In this document: one piece after another, positions 30,810-39,998 of the stretch
Position numbering within the stretch: position 1 is the stretch's first letter
How the letters are laid out: each line of letters opens with the position of its first letter
Assembly: GCA_047602425.1 (NCBI GenBank)
Contig: JASGHG010000001.1
Coordinates: 3,872,001-3,936,000 of the forward strand
Direction of reading: 5' to 3'
Length of the DNA stretch: 64,000 nt
DNA from: Nibricoccus sp.
Lineage (GTDB): Bacteria; Verrucomicrobiota; Verrucomicrobiia; Opitutales; Opitutaceae
Notes under the pieces: model-generated
The model's input: only the letters and a program-made list of their open reading frames with translations
Told to the model about the DNA's origin: nothing
The model's database searches: none
Program-made: the position numbers and the translations under genes

Positions 30810-31570
30810 AAGACAACCGATTCATCGAGCTGCTCAACCTCTACGTCGACCAGCAGCTGACCGCGGCCGAAGCCACCGAGCTGGAAACCGAAATCCAGCG
30901 GGTACCGGACCGCCGTCGCACCTACCAACAGTACTGCCGCATGCAGAAGGCCTGCACCCAGCTTTTTGAACAGGACCGCCAGGCTGCACCTTCGACTTCG
31001 AAATTCTCCCGCGCCCTCGCGGATGCCGATCGCAAAGTTATCGCTTTTCCCGAACCACGTCGTGTCTGGCTCCAGCGCGGGCTTTACGCCACGGGTGTCG
31101 CGGCGATGGCCGCTTGCGTGGCTTTGGTGTTTTTCCGCGCGAGCCCTGTTGCTCCGCAGAATGTTGCCGAACAACCCGCCAAGCCCGAACCGCGTGCGGT
31201 TGCGACCGTGGTTGCCAAAGCCGAAACTGCTGCTCCCGTCGCGGAAACCGTGCAGGCTGTCGCCATTCCTCCGGCCGATCCGCAGACCCGCGAAATGCGC
31301 AAACTCTACTACGCCGTGCTGCCGGTTCGCCAGTTTGTCCCGGTCAACGCGATTACCACCAACGGCGAGCAGGCCGTGGCCGAGGAGCGTCCTGACTTCA
31401 GCTGGATGAAAAACATGGAGTTCGCTCCGTTGCGTCCGCTTAGCGCGGAGACACTTTTTAGCGAAACCAACGGACAGAACCAGCAACCGAATCCTTCGTT
31501 CATCGGCACCCGCCATCCCGTGCAGCTGCCATATGAGAACTCGGCATTTCAGTACCAGAAGGGGAACTGA
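30806..31570 (+). CDS. Putative anti-sigma factor
   Basis: Overlaps the sigma stop (ATGA); anti-sigma-like N-terminus (ELLNLYVDQQLT), one TM helix, extracytoplasmic tail. Confidence 0.75.
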   Translation: MKDNRFIELLNLYVDQQLTAAEATELETEIQRVPDRRRTYQQYCRMQKACTQLFEQDRQAAPSTSKFSRALADADRKVIAFPEPRRVWLQRGLYATGVAAMAACVALVFFRASPVAPQNVAEQPAKPEPRAVATVVAKAETAAPVAETVQAVAIPPADPQTREMRKLYYAVLPVRQFVPVNAITTNGEQAVAEERPDFSWMKNMEFAPLRPLSAETLFSETNGQNQQPNPSFIGTRHPVQLPYENSAFQYQKGN

Positions 31571-31603
31571 TCCCGGGAACCAAATTTGGTTGTCTTGTCT
31601 TGC

Positions 31604-31630
31604 AGGGCCCGGTTCGACCGGGCCCTTTTT
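31604..31630 (+). terminator. Intrinsic terminator after the anti-sigma gene, convergent with mutS
   Basis: AGGGCCCGGT-tcg-ACCGGGCCCT followed by TTTT. Confidence 0.8.
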
Positions 31631-31633
31631 CGT

Positions 31634-34186
31634 TTACAGCAGGCTCAACTGGGAATCGTCGACCGGCTTGACGGAAATCTTCTTTTTCGGAGCGGCCTTG
31701 GGCGCTGGCAATTCCACGGCAGTGTCGTCGGATTCGAGTTTGGCGAGGATAGTCTTAGCACGATCGATCACGCTGAGCGGCAGGCCGGCGAGGCGGGCGA
31801 CTTGGATTCCATAGCTGCGGTCAGCTGCGCCTGAAACAACGCGGCGGACGAACACGATGTCGTCATTCCATTCCTTCACGGCCACGGAGAAGTTGCGCAA
31901 ACGGGACAAATGTTTTTCGAGCTGGGTGAGTTCTTGGTAATGCGTGGCGAAAAGCGTGCGCGGACCGCGGACGGGATCGCGGTGGAGGTGTTCGATCACG
32001 GCCCACGCGATGCTCAAACCGTCGTAGGTCGAGGTGCCACGGCCGATTTCGTCGAGAATGATCAGGCTGCGTTCGGTGGTGTTGTTGAGAATATTGGCGG
32101 TTTCGTTCATCTCGACCATGAACGTGGAATTGCCACGCGCGAGATCGTCGCTGGCGCCAACCCGTGAGAAAATGCGGTCGACCAAGCCGACACGACAGCT
32201 TTTCGCAGGAGTCCAGCAGCCAACCTGCGCCATCAAAACGATCAAGGCCACTTGGCGAATGTAAGTAGATTTACCGGCCATGTTCGGGCCGGTGATAAGC
32301 GCGATCTGGACGTCATCTATCGAAAGTGCAGTGTCATTTGGGACGAATTTCTGGTTCCCCCCGGCGCTAATGGTGGAAAGACGGAGCATTTGCTCGACGA
32401 CGGGGTGGCGACCTTCGACGATTTCGAGGACGTCGTCGTCATCGAGTACGGGCCGGCAATAGTCCCATTCGCGGGCGAGCATGGCCCAACCGGTGAGGAC
32501 GTCGATTTCGGCGAGCGCGTCGGCCGTTTGGGCGAGGGCGACCGATTCGTCGAGGACGGCGCTGACAAGTTGACCGAATAATTCGAGCTCGCGGGCTAGG
32601 GCGTTTTCCTCGGCGTGGAAAATTTCCTTCTCCTTTTTCTTCAGATCCTCGGTGACATAGCGCTCGCCACCAACGGTGGTCTGGCGGCGGATGTAGTCGG
32701 CGGGAACCAGATGGAGATTCGCTTTGGTAACCTCTATATAATAGCCAAAATTATTCGTGAAACGGACCTTTAGGCTCTTGATGCCGGTTCGTTCCTGTTC
32801 GCCGCGCTCAAGGTCGGAAAGCCAGGTTTTATTGTCGCTCGTGAGAGAGCGCATGCGGTCGAGTTCGGCATCGTAACCGGCGCGGATGTAATTGCCATCC
32901 TGCAAATCGGCGGGCAGTTCGTCGGCAAGCGCGCGGGTGAGCAAGTCGCGCAGCTTGGGCAGATCGGTGATACGAGTAGCGACTTCAACGATAGCGGGGC
33001 TGCCGATGGCGGAAAGTTCGGCAACGATGACCGGCAACTGGGCCAGCGTGTCGCGCACGCCGCCGAGTTCGCGCGGATTGCGCAGACGGTTTTGCAGCCG
33101 GCCAAGGATGCGAGGGATGTCGCGAACTTGCTGGAGTTGCTCGCGGAGCGAGGCGATTGACGTCGAGTGACTGATGAAATCGCCGACGAACGTCTGACGC
33201 CGGGTGATTTCAACGAGGTCGAGCGTGGGGGCGGCGAGCCAGCGTTCGAGCAGACGCGCGCCGGCGGCGGTGACCGTGCGATTGATCGAGTTGATCAACG
33301 ACCCGTCGCGCTGGCCGCGGGTGGACTCGAAAATTTCCAGATTGCGCAGGGTTGCTGGATCGAGAAGCAGGGTTTTGGCGCTGCGGTATTCCTGGAGGCC
33401 GCGAAGGTTTTCGGGTTTTGCGCAAAGATTTTCCGTTGCGTAATAGACGAGTGCCCCGGCGGGGCCAAGGCCTGGATGATTTTGAGCGAGGCCGAAACCT
33501 TGGAGGTTTAAAACTCCGAGTGCAGTGGCAACCGTGCGCGCGCCATCGGACGTTTCGAAATGATAACCGGGGAGGTCTGTAACCAGGCGGCTGGAACAAA
33601 AATGGTGCAACGCGTGCAGCCCGGTTTGTTCATGCGGTGCGGTGCGCCAGTTTTCGACCGCACCTTCAATGGCGATCACCTCGGCGGGATCGAGCGCGGT
33701 GAGGACAGGCAGGAGATTCTCGATGCGGGGATCGCTGGCGATTTTGAATTCTCCGGTGGAGAGATCGAGCCAGGCGGCATGGAGGCCTGCTTTATCGCAG
33801 GAGATTGCGCAGAGGTAGTGGTTGCGCGCGGCGTCAAGTTGGTTGGCGGCGAGCGTCGTGCCGGGACTGAGGATGCGTGTAAGCTGGCGTTTGACGAGCT
33901 TACCGGGTTTGGCTGGTTCTTGTTGATCGCAAATGGCGACCTTTTTGCCGGCGGCGAGGAGTTTGGAAATGTAGTTGTCGGCCGCGTGATAGGGCAGGCC
34001 GGCCATGGGGGTTTCCTGACGCTTGGTCAACGTGAGCCCGAGGAGACGCGACGCGATTTCGGCGTCCTCGAAGAACATTTCATAGAAATCGCCCAGTCGG
34101 AAAAGCAGCAGCGTGCCGCGCGGCAGCCCACGCTTCACCTCAAAATACTGCTGCATCATCGGGGTCAGTTTCGTCTCCGAACTCAT
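31634..34186 (-). CDS. mutS: DNA mismatch repair protein MutS
   Basis: TPMMQQY, GDFYEMF, GPNMAGKST, STFMVEM, DEIGRGT, SYGIQVA. Confidence 0.97.
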   Translation of the reverse strand: MSSETKLTPMMQQYFEVKRGLPRGTLLLFRLGDFYEMFFEDAEIASRLLGLTLTKRQETPMAGLPYHAADNYISKLLAAGKKVAICDQQEPAKPGKLVKRQLTRILSPGTTLAANQLDAARNHYLCAISCDKAGLHAAWLDLSTGEFKIASDPRIENLLPVLTALDPAEVIAIEGAVENWRTAPHEQTGLHALHHFCSSRLVTDLPGYHFETSDGARTVATALGVLNLQGFGLAQNHPGLGPAGALVYYATENLCAKPENLRGLQEYRSAKTLLLDPATLRNLEIFESTRGQRDGSLINSINRTVTAAGARLLERWLAAPTLDLVEITRRQTFVGDFISHSTSIASLREQLQQVRDIPRILGRLQNRLRNPRELGGVRDTLAQLPVIVAELSAIGSPAIVEVATRITDLPKLRDLLTRALADELPADLQDGNYIRAGYDAELDRMRSLTSDNKTWLSDLERGEQERTGIKSLKVRFTNNFGYYIEVTKANLHLVPADYIRRQTTVGGERYVTEDLKKKEKEIFHAEENALARELELFGQLVSAVLDESVALAQTADALAEIDVLTGWAMLAREWDYCRPVLDDDDVLEIVEGRHPVVEQMLRLSTISAGGNQKFVPNDTALSIDDVQIALITGPNMAGKSTYIRQVALIVLMAQVGCWTPAKSCRVGLVDRIFSRVGASDDLARGNSTFMVEMNETANILNNTTERSLIILDEIGRGTSTYDGLSIAWAVIEHLHRDPVRGPRTLFATHYQELTQLEKHLSRLRNFSVAVKEWNDDIVFVRRVVSGAADRSYGIQVARLAGLPLSVIDRAKTILAKLESDDTAVELPAPKAAPKKKISVKPVDDSQLSLL

Positions 34187-34286
34187 GAAGCGGAAACGCT
34201 CACGCAAAGACGCCAAGTCGCAAAGGAAAAAGTGAGTTGGGCGAAAAGAGTTTTTGCGACGACCTTAAATTTGTTTTTGCGGAAAT

Positions 34287-34313
34287 AAAAAAGGCCGGCA
34301 TAAAGCCAGCCTT
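34287..34313 (-). terminator. Intrinsic terminator after the binding-protein gene
   Basis: Minus strand AAGGCTGGC-tttat-GCCGGCCTT followed by TTTT. Confidence 0.7.
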
Positions 34314-34355
34314 CTTACCTTGCGGAAATCTTAATGCAGTTGGTTAAGCAGCGCC

Positions 34356-35240
34356 CTACTTCAATCGTTTCCAGTTTGCCGTCGTGGCGCTGATGAAGCC
34401 GGATTCTTTGTAGGCTTTTTCAAAGCGGCCCTCGGCACGGAGGGCCTTGAGGCCTTTTTCCAGCGCAGCGAAAATCTCCTTGGAATGCGGGAGGTCTTTG
34501 TTGATGTACCAGGACCGATTGTCGTTGATGGCAACTTTGAGGCCGGGAATCGGAACGAGGCGTACGCCGTTCGCTTCGATGCTGAGGTCGGGCTTGGCGG
34601 AGAATTCCTGAAGGGTAAAATCGGCGCGGCCTTTTTCAATCATGAGGAAAACGTTTTCGATGCGCGCGGGTTTTTCGATGCTCTTGGGATGAAGCTGCTC
34701 CAATAAGTCAACATCCAGACCCCACGGCGAAGGGATGGCGCCGACAAAATTTTTCAAATCGTCCAGACTTTTGACCTTGAGCGCGGCTTCGTTGGTGGAA
34801 AGCACGTAAAGGCCTTTCTCGAATTCGCCAATGCGAATCACAGGATCGGTCTTTTGGACCTTGTCGCCATACTCGGCGATTTCCTGGTCCCAAATGGTTT
34901 CGGCGGAAAGATCGGCGTGGCCGAGGGCGGCTTCGACCTTCGCGCGTTCATAACCGGGATAAAGAGCCAATTCGTAGTCGAAATCCAGACCGCCGGCCTT
35001 CAATGTTTGAAGCAGAAGGATCAGATCGACCACCGGACGAATGGCGTCGGGGTTTTTGTACTGATCAATTTTTTCCCAAGGCGTCGTGGCATTCCACCGA
35101 TTGAATGCTCCTTCGATGCGGGAATCGCCGACGGCGATTTTGAGATGCGTTTTGGCCTGCAAGGAAGAGGAGAGAAGGGCGGCCGCGAAAACGAAGAGAA
35201 CGCTGCGTATCACGAGACGCGCCTGACCGGATATTTTCAT
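34356..35240 (-). CDS. Periplasmic substrate-binding protein (PBP type 2, family 3-like), with no transporter genes nearby
   Basis: Signal peptide; SLDDLK, MIEKGRADF, ALEKGLKALRAEG. Confidence 0.72.
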   Translation of the reverse strand: MKISGQARLVIRSVLFVFAAALLSSSLQAKTHLKIAVGDSRIEGAFNRWNATTPWEKIDQYKNPDAIRPVVDLILLLQTLKAGGLDFDYELALYPGYERAKVEAALGHADLSAETIWDQEIAEYGDKVQKTDPVIRIGEFEKGLYVLSTNEAALKVKSLDDLKNFVGAIPSPWGLDVDLLEQLHPKSIEKPARIENVFLMIEKGRADFTLQEFSAKPDLSIEANGVRLVPIPGLKVAINDNRSWYINKDLPHSKEIFAALEKGLKALRAEGRFEKAYKESGFISATTANWKRLK

Positions 35241-35301
35241 GGTGGGAGTGGATTGTTGGGGTTGAGGTTTGACCGGACCGAACGCCGTGCCGGTCCTCCT
35301 T

Positions 35302-35328
35302 ATATCGGCAAGCGACAGGCATACTTTA
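35302..35328 (-). promoter_or_regulatory. Putative sigma28 (FliA)-type promoter
   Basis: Minus strand TAAA-N15-GCCGATAT, about 60 nt upstream of ATG 35240. Confidence 0.6.
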
Positions 35329-35468
35329 AGGCGGGCTGGCCAACAGATCGGACTTAAGTGTCCGGAGTAAAAAGGCATGCGTGGTTGTGAGGCTGATTTT
35401 GCGCCGCGCTAGCCGCAGAATATTCTTCACACCGGGCAAGCGAGGCCTGAGTTTCCATCGTTTTTAAC

Positions 35469-36239
35469 ATGACTCTCTTTCATCGCGACCTTGGTGGTGC
35501 AGGAAATCCGCCGCTAATCGTTTTGCACGGTTTGCTTGGTTCGTCGCGCAATTGGCAATCGACTGGCGCGGATTTGGCGAAGCGTTTTCACGTGTGGGCC
35601 CTCGATCTGCGCAATCACGGACGGTCGCCCCACGCGGACGAAATGACTTTTCTGGCGATGGTTGCCGATGTGTTGGCATGGATGGACGGGCAGGGGATGG
35701 ACCGGGCCTCGATCATGGGACACAGCATGGGTGGCAAGGTCGCGATGTTGCTCGCATGCCGGCATCCTGAGCGCGTGGAAAAACTCTACGTGGTCGATGT
35801 GGCACCGAAGGACTATGCGCTAATGGGGCACGCCAACGATTTTGCGGCACTCAACGAACTCGACCTGCGCACATTGCAATCCCGCGCTGAGGCGGAGATG
35901 CGCTTTGAATCGCGCGTGCCGAGTTTCGGCATGAGGAAGTTTCTTGCGACCAACTTGGAACGAGATCCAGAAACGAACGCATGGCGCTGGATCGTGAACC
36001 TCCCGGTGTTGACGGCGACGTTGCCTGAACTGGCGAAAAACTCCTTGGTATCTGGCGACCGGTTCGACGGTCCGACATTGTTTATAAATGGCGGCCGTTC
36101 ACACTACGTAGAATCGACCGACCACGCCGCCATCAAAACACATTTCCCACAAGCCCGCATTGAGGTCGTCGAAAACTCCGGACACAATCCGCATATGGAC
36201 GGACGGGTCGAATTCGTGAAGCACGTGTTGGACGAGTGA
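35469..36239 (+). CDS. Alpha/beta hydrolase (YbfF-like esterase)
   Basis: HGLLGS, DLRNHGRS, GHSMGG nucleophile elbow, GHNPH. Confidence 0.9.
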   Translation: MTLFHRDLGGAGNPPLIVLHGLLGSSRNWQSTGADLAKRFHVWALDLRNHGRSPHADEMTFLAMVADVLAWMDGQGMDRASIMGHSMGGKVAMLLACRHPERVEKLYVVDVAPKDYALMGHANDFAALNELDLRTLQSRAEAEMRFESRVPSFGMRKFLATNLERDPETNAWRWIVNLPVLTATLPELAKNSLVSGDRFDGPTLFINGGRSHYVESTDHAAIKTHFPQARIEVVENSGHNPHMDGRVEFVKHVLDE

Positions 36240-36264
36240 TTCTCCGCTGGGGAAGGAGGCGCAG

Positions 36265-36280
36265 TGGCATGACGTATGCT
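36265..36280 (+). promoter_or_regulatory. Putative sigma54 promoter
   Basis: TGGCATGACGTATGCT with correct GG-N10-GC spacing, 57 nt upstream of ATG 36338. Confidence 0.55.
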
Positions 36281-36337
36281 AATTGAAGCTATTAATTAAA
36301 CTTAACAACCCCACCTCAGGATTCTTCTCTTTTCGCC

Positions 36338-37039
36338 ATGAACACCGCCGCTCTCACTCACACAGGTAGTTATATTTTCGCAGAGTCGTTGGAGTCGCAT
36401 CCTCCTCTGCGGGCGAGCGACATGAGCAACGGATTTATAACTATTTCCAAACAATCGGGTTCTGGCGGATCCAGTTTTGCCCGGATGCTGGCTCGTCACC
36501 TGAATGCCGAGGCGCCGGCGGGAAAAACTTGGACGGTGCTGGAAGGCAATCTGGCTGCCCGTCTCTTGGAAGAATGTTCGATGCCGGCGTATTTATCGCG
36601 CTTTTTGCCCGAAGATAAGACCCCGGAGCCCCATGCCTTCATTGGCGAAATGATCGGATTACACCCGAACATTTGGAATTTGCTGGAAAAAACCAACCAG
36701 GCGATGCGCGAAATTGCCCGCCGCGGAAACGTGATTCTTGTGGGGCGCGGAGCTAATTTCGCGACGGCGGAGATTCCCGGCGGTATTCACATCCGGCTCG
36801 TGGCGCCACCGGAAAAGCGCGCCCGCTATTTTGCACAGCTCTACGACGTAACCGAAGAGGAAGCCCGGGCAATCAACGCCAAGCGGGATGCCGCGACTCG
36901 CCGATATGTCAGCGCGAATTTCAACGCGAACATCGAAGACGTTCGCGCTTACAATCTCGTGCTCAACACATCTCAGGTGCAGTTGGCGGAAGCAGTCGGA
37001 ATGGTCTCCGGGCTTTTGCACAAACGGCAACCGATTTGA
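36338..37039 (+). CDS. Cytidylate kinase-like family protein
   Basis: ITISKQSGSGG, VILVGRGA, IHIRLVAP, YNLVLNT. Confidence 0.83.
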   Translation: MNTAALTHTGSYIFAESLESHPPLRASDMSNGFITISKQSGSGGSSFARMLARHLNAEAPAGKTWTVLEGNLAARLLEECSMPAYLSRFLPEDKTPEPHAFIGEMIGLHPNIWNLLEKTNQAMREIARRGNVILVGRGANFATAEIPGGIHIRLVAPPEKRARYFAQLYDVTEEEARAINAKRDAATRRYVSANFNANIEDVRAYNLVLNTSQVQLAEAVGMVSGLLHKRQPI

Positions 37040-37071
37040 GCCGGAGACGCACGGCGAGGATTGCCGTACCA

Positions 37072-38319
37072 TCAGATAAAGCCAAGGGGCTTGTATTCCT
37101 TGCCAAGAACACTGGTTGCGGGACAGTGCAACCACCGATCCAAGATCGTGGCATACACCTGACGAAAATCGGTGCTGAAAGTGAGGTCCTGATTTCGTTC
37201 CAATTTTAGCGAGGGAGCTGTCCCATGCAGTCCGGCTTTCAGGCCGGTGCCCATGACAAACAGCGGTGCTGCGGTGCCGTGATCGGTGCCGTGGCTTTCG
37301 TTTTCCATCGGCCTGCGGCCGAACTCCGAGAACGTCGTGGTCAGCACCTGGCCATCGAGCTTATGGGCTTCGAGATCCTTCTGAAATGCCGCCAATCCTT
37401 CCGAAAGTGTCCGCAATAGATTCTGGTGCTGGTTGAGTTGGTTGGCGTGAGTGTCGAACCCGCCGAGAGAGACAAAATAGACGCGGGTCGAAAGGCCGGC
37501 GGCAATCAGTGCGGCGACATTGCGCAGCGACTGGGCAAACGGATTCCCGGGATAATTCGTGGCGGGCTGATACGCACCGAGCACCTTTTGCACGCGTTTT
37601 TCCGTCACCAAGGCGTCCATCATCGTCTGTTTGAGGAACGAAGCGTTGTCGTTTTCAGGGTGGTCGTGATGCACGAGATTTTCCAGCAGGCCGAGGTTTT
37701 GGCTGTTGCCCTGGCGATTGTATTGGTTCGGGTTGAATCCGAAGGTGGGATGTGAATGTTCGGCGAGGAAGGCGCCGGGCACTTCGGCGCTGAGGTGAAC
37801 GGCGGCAGGGTCTATGTTTTCGACCGGCATGCCGGCGCAGGTATTGTCGAGGAATCGGCCGAGCCAGCCGGTAGAGACAATCTGGTCGCTGTCGCTCGCG
37901 CTTTCCCAAATGTCGGTGGAGCGAAAATGGCTGCGGTTCGGATTGGGATAACCGACATTTTGGACAACACCGAGTTTCCCGTCCTGGAACAGGGCGTGAA
38001 GTTCGTTGCAGGACGGATGGAGGCCAATGGTATCCGAAAGGCGCAGCACTTTTTCCTTGGGAATGGCGAGTCCGGGGCGGAGTTGGTAATAGTTGGCGTC
38101 CTCGAACGGGATGACTGTATTCAAACCGTCATTACCGCCGGCGAGTTGGACGAGCACGAGGATGCTGCGATCCTTTTCCGGCGCCGGAGTCTGGGCGAGG
38201 GTGGATTGAACGAGGAAATCGGGGGCGAAACGGCTGAAGGCGAGCAAACCAATGCCCGTTCCGGTCAGCCGAAAAAATTCGCGGCGTGTGGTCGGTAAAA
38301 CGTTGGCGGGATTTTTCAT
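37072..38319 (-). CDS. DUF1501 domain protein (Tat-exported)
   Basis: TTRREFF Tat motif; LAGGNDGLN, RSHF, GGFDTH, SEFGR, GTDHG. Confidence 0.9.
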   Translation of the reverse strand: MKNPANVLPTTRREFFRLTGTGIGLLAFSRFAPDFLVQSTLAQTPAPEKDRSILVLVQLAGGNDGLNTVIPFEDANYYQLRPGLAIPKEKVLRLSDTIGLHPSCNELHALFQDGKLGVVQNVGYPNPNRSHFRSTDIWESASDSDQIVSTGWLGRFLDNTCAGMPVENIDPAAVHLSAEVPGAFLAEHSHPTFGFNPNQYNRQGNSQNLGLLENLVHHDHPENDNASFLKQTMMDALVTEKRVQKVLGAYQPATNYPGNPFAQSLRNVAALIAAGLSTRVYFVSLGGFDTHANQLNQHQNLLRTLSEGLAAFQKDLEAHKLDGQVLTTTFSEFGRRPMENESHGTDHGTAAPLFVMGTGLKAGLHGTAPSLKLERNQDLTFSTDFRQVYATILDRWLHCPATSVLGKEYKPLGFI

Positions 38320-38326
38320 GTTTGGT

Positions 38327-39850
38327 TCAGCAGAGTTGATATTCCGGGGACTGGAGAAGGGCGATGATGGCGTTTCTCACCCGATCGTTGCGCTGGTTTG
38401 GAGAGCCCGCGGCGATAAAGTTGCGGAGCTGGGCGCGAAATTCGTCCACCGGCGCGACGGGAAGAAAAGTTTGCAGAATGGAGTCGGTTGCTTCTTTGGG
38501 ATTTCCGCCGGAAATCGTTTTAAGACGCTCCGGCTCGACGGTAAAGTGCACGCGTCCTTCAGCGCGCGCCGCGGTTAGCTCGGCTTGTTCGTCGGCGTTG
38601 AGATTGGCTTCGTTGATGGGATAGAAAAGACTTTGAACCAACTGACGGCGGGCGCTGAGCGTCGACGAGTTAATCCAATGTCTACCGCCAACCCAGCCGC
38701 GTACGTTGGGAGGGGTGAAAAGAGTTTGTCCCATCTGACGCAGACTGCCCAGGACGCGGCGTGCGAGCGGCGCGATGTCGAGCTGGAGATCCTGGACAAG
38801 GCCGAGGTAAAATTGAATCGGGCTTTTGATATAGTTGCCGCGGAAGGCTGGATCGTAAAACAAGCGGCTGCCGAAAAACCGATGGGCGAGCGCGCGCAAG
38901 TTGCTCTGCTGGCTTTGCCACCAAACGCCGAGCGTTGCCAGCGTGTCGGCGGGCAGGGGAGTCTCCGAAAGATAAAAGCGGGCCATTTCCCTCGGCAGAA
39001 ACAAACCCGCGGCGGGGAGCTTGTATGCGAGATCGATGACCTCGTCGCCATCGAAGCGGCCGGAATGGCCAAACACCGTTTTGCTCCCGGTGTCATGCTG
39101 TTTCGCCGCGAAACGAAAATTGCCGAACTGTTGTCGATATCCAGTGAAAGCGCGCGCAGCCTGCTTGATGTCCGCCTCGGTGTAATTTCCCTCGCCCAGC
39201 ACGAACAATTCGAAGAGCTCGCGGGCGAAATTCTCGTTGGGCGCGTCTTTTTTGCTCTCCTGCAAATCGAGATACTGAATCATTGCCGGGGAGCGAGAAA
39301 CGACTTTTGCGAGCGTTGGCGCCGGGCCGAGACTGTACTCGCGCAAACGCGCGAAATGGTCGTGGATCAGCGCGGCGTTCCGGACTTTTTCGAAACTGAC
39401 GACATAAATATCGCTGAGAAATAAAATCCATTTCTCAAGAGCGGCATTTCCGGGGATAGCGGCGAATTGCAGCCATCGCACTGCCATATCGGACAGTGCT
39501 TGTTGGGAGCGATCCCGTGCCTCTTTTTGCAGCAGGCGTTTTTCCTCGGGCGAAGCTGCCCGGAGTTTTTGCGTGAATTCCTGGGTGTCCTCCTGCAGCC
39601 CTTCGATCAGCTTAGGCTTTGGGGATGGTTTGGCTTCACGCGGGAAAAGGCGGTCGAGCGTCGCAGGCAGCCCGTCTTTTACCGCTCGCGCAACTTCCTC
39701 GGCCGGGGCGGACCAGGCCACGCGGCGAAGCAAGTGGCGCGCAGTTTCTTCATTCCACTGTTCGGCAGGCAGCGGCTGCCAAGCCTCTGTCGGAGTTGGT
39801 TTTTCTGCGAACGCGACAGCGGGGGTCGGGTTGGGAGAGGCTTTTTCCAT
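38327..39850 (-). CDS. DUF1800 domain protein
   Basis: HLLRR, PAMIQYLD, PNENFARELFELFVLG, ARAFTG, PPNVRGW, SPEYQLC. Confidence 0.9.
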   Translation of the reverse strand: MEKASPNPTPAVAFAEKPTPTEAWQPLPAEQWNEETARHLLRRVAWSAPAEEVARAVKDGLPATLDRLFPREAKPSPKPKLIEGLQEDTQEFTQKLRAASPEEKRLLQKEARDRSQQALSDMAVRWLQFAAIPGNAALEKWILFLSDIYVVSFEKVRNAALIHDHFARLREYSLGPAPTLAKVVSRSPAMIQYLDLQESKKDAPNENFARELFELFVLGEGNYTEADIKQAARAFTGYRQQFGNFRFAAKQHDTGSKTVFGHSGRFDGDEVIDLAYKLPAAGLFLPREMARFYLSETPLPADTLATLGVWWQSQQSNLRALAHRFFGSRLFYDPAFRGNYIKSPIQFYLGLVQDLQLDIAPLARRVLGSLRQMGQTLFTPPNVRGWVGGRHWINSSTLSARRQLVQSLFYPINEANLNADEQAELTAARAEGRVHFTVEPERLKTISGGNPKEATDSILQTFLPVAPVDEFRAQLRNFIAAGSPNQRNDRVRNAIIALLQSPEYQLC

Positions 39851-39859
39851 GCCTAGACA

Positions 39860-39885
39860 GACGGGTGTTTTTGCGTCTTGTTACA
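39860..39885 (-). promoter_or_regulatory. Putative ECF-sigma promoter of the DUF1800-DUF1501 operon
   Basis: Minus strand TGTAAC-N16-CGTC, ending 9 nt before the ATG. Confidence 0.45.
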
Positions 39886-39998
39886 AAAATAATAACACCC
39901 ATAAGCGCTGCTTTTTGACGCCGCATGTCGCTGCCGCTCCAAAAATTTGAGGCTTCAGGGGCCCGAACCATTGCGATGTCGAGCGATCCGAACCGAAG

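Noticed and set aside
31576..31600. GGAAC-N16-GTCT ECF-like motif after the anti-sigma gene
   Set aside because: It runs straight into a terminator with no downstream sense gene; probably chance.
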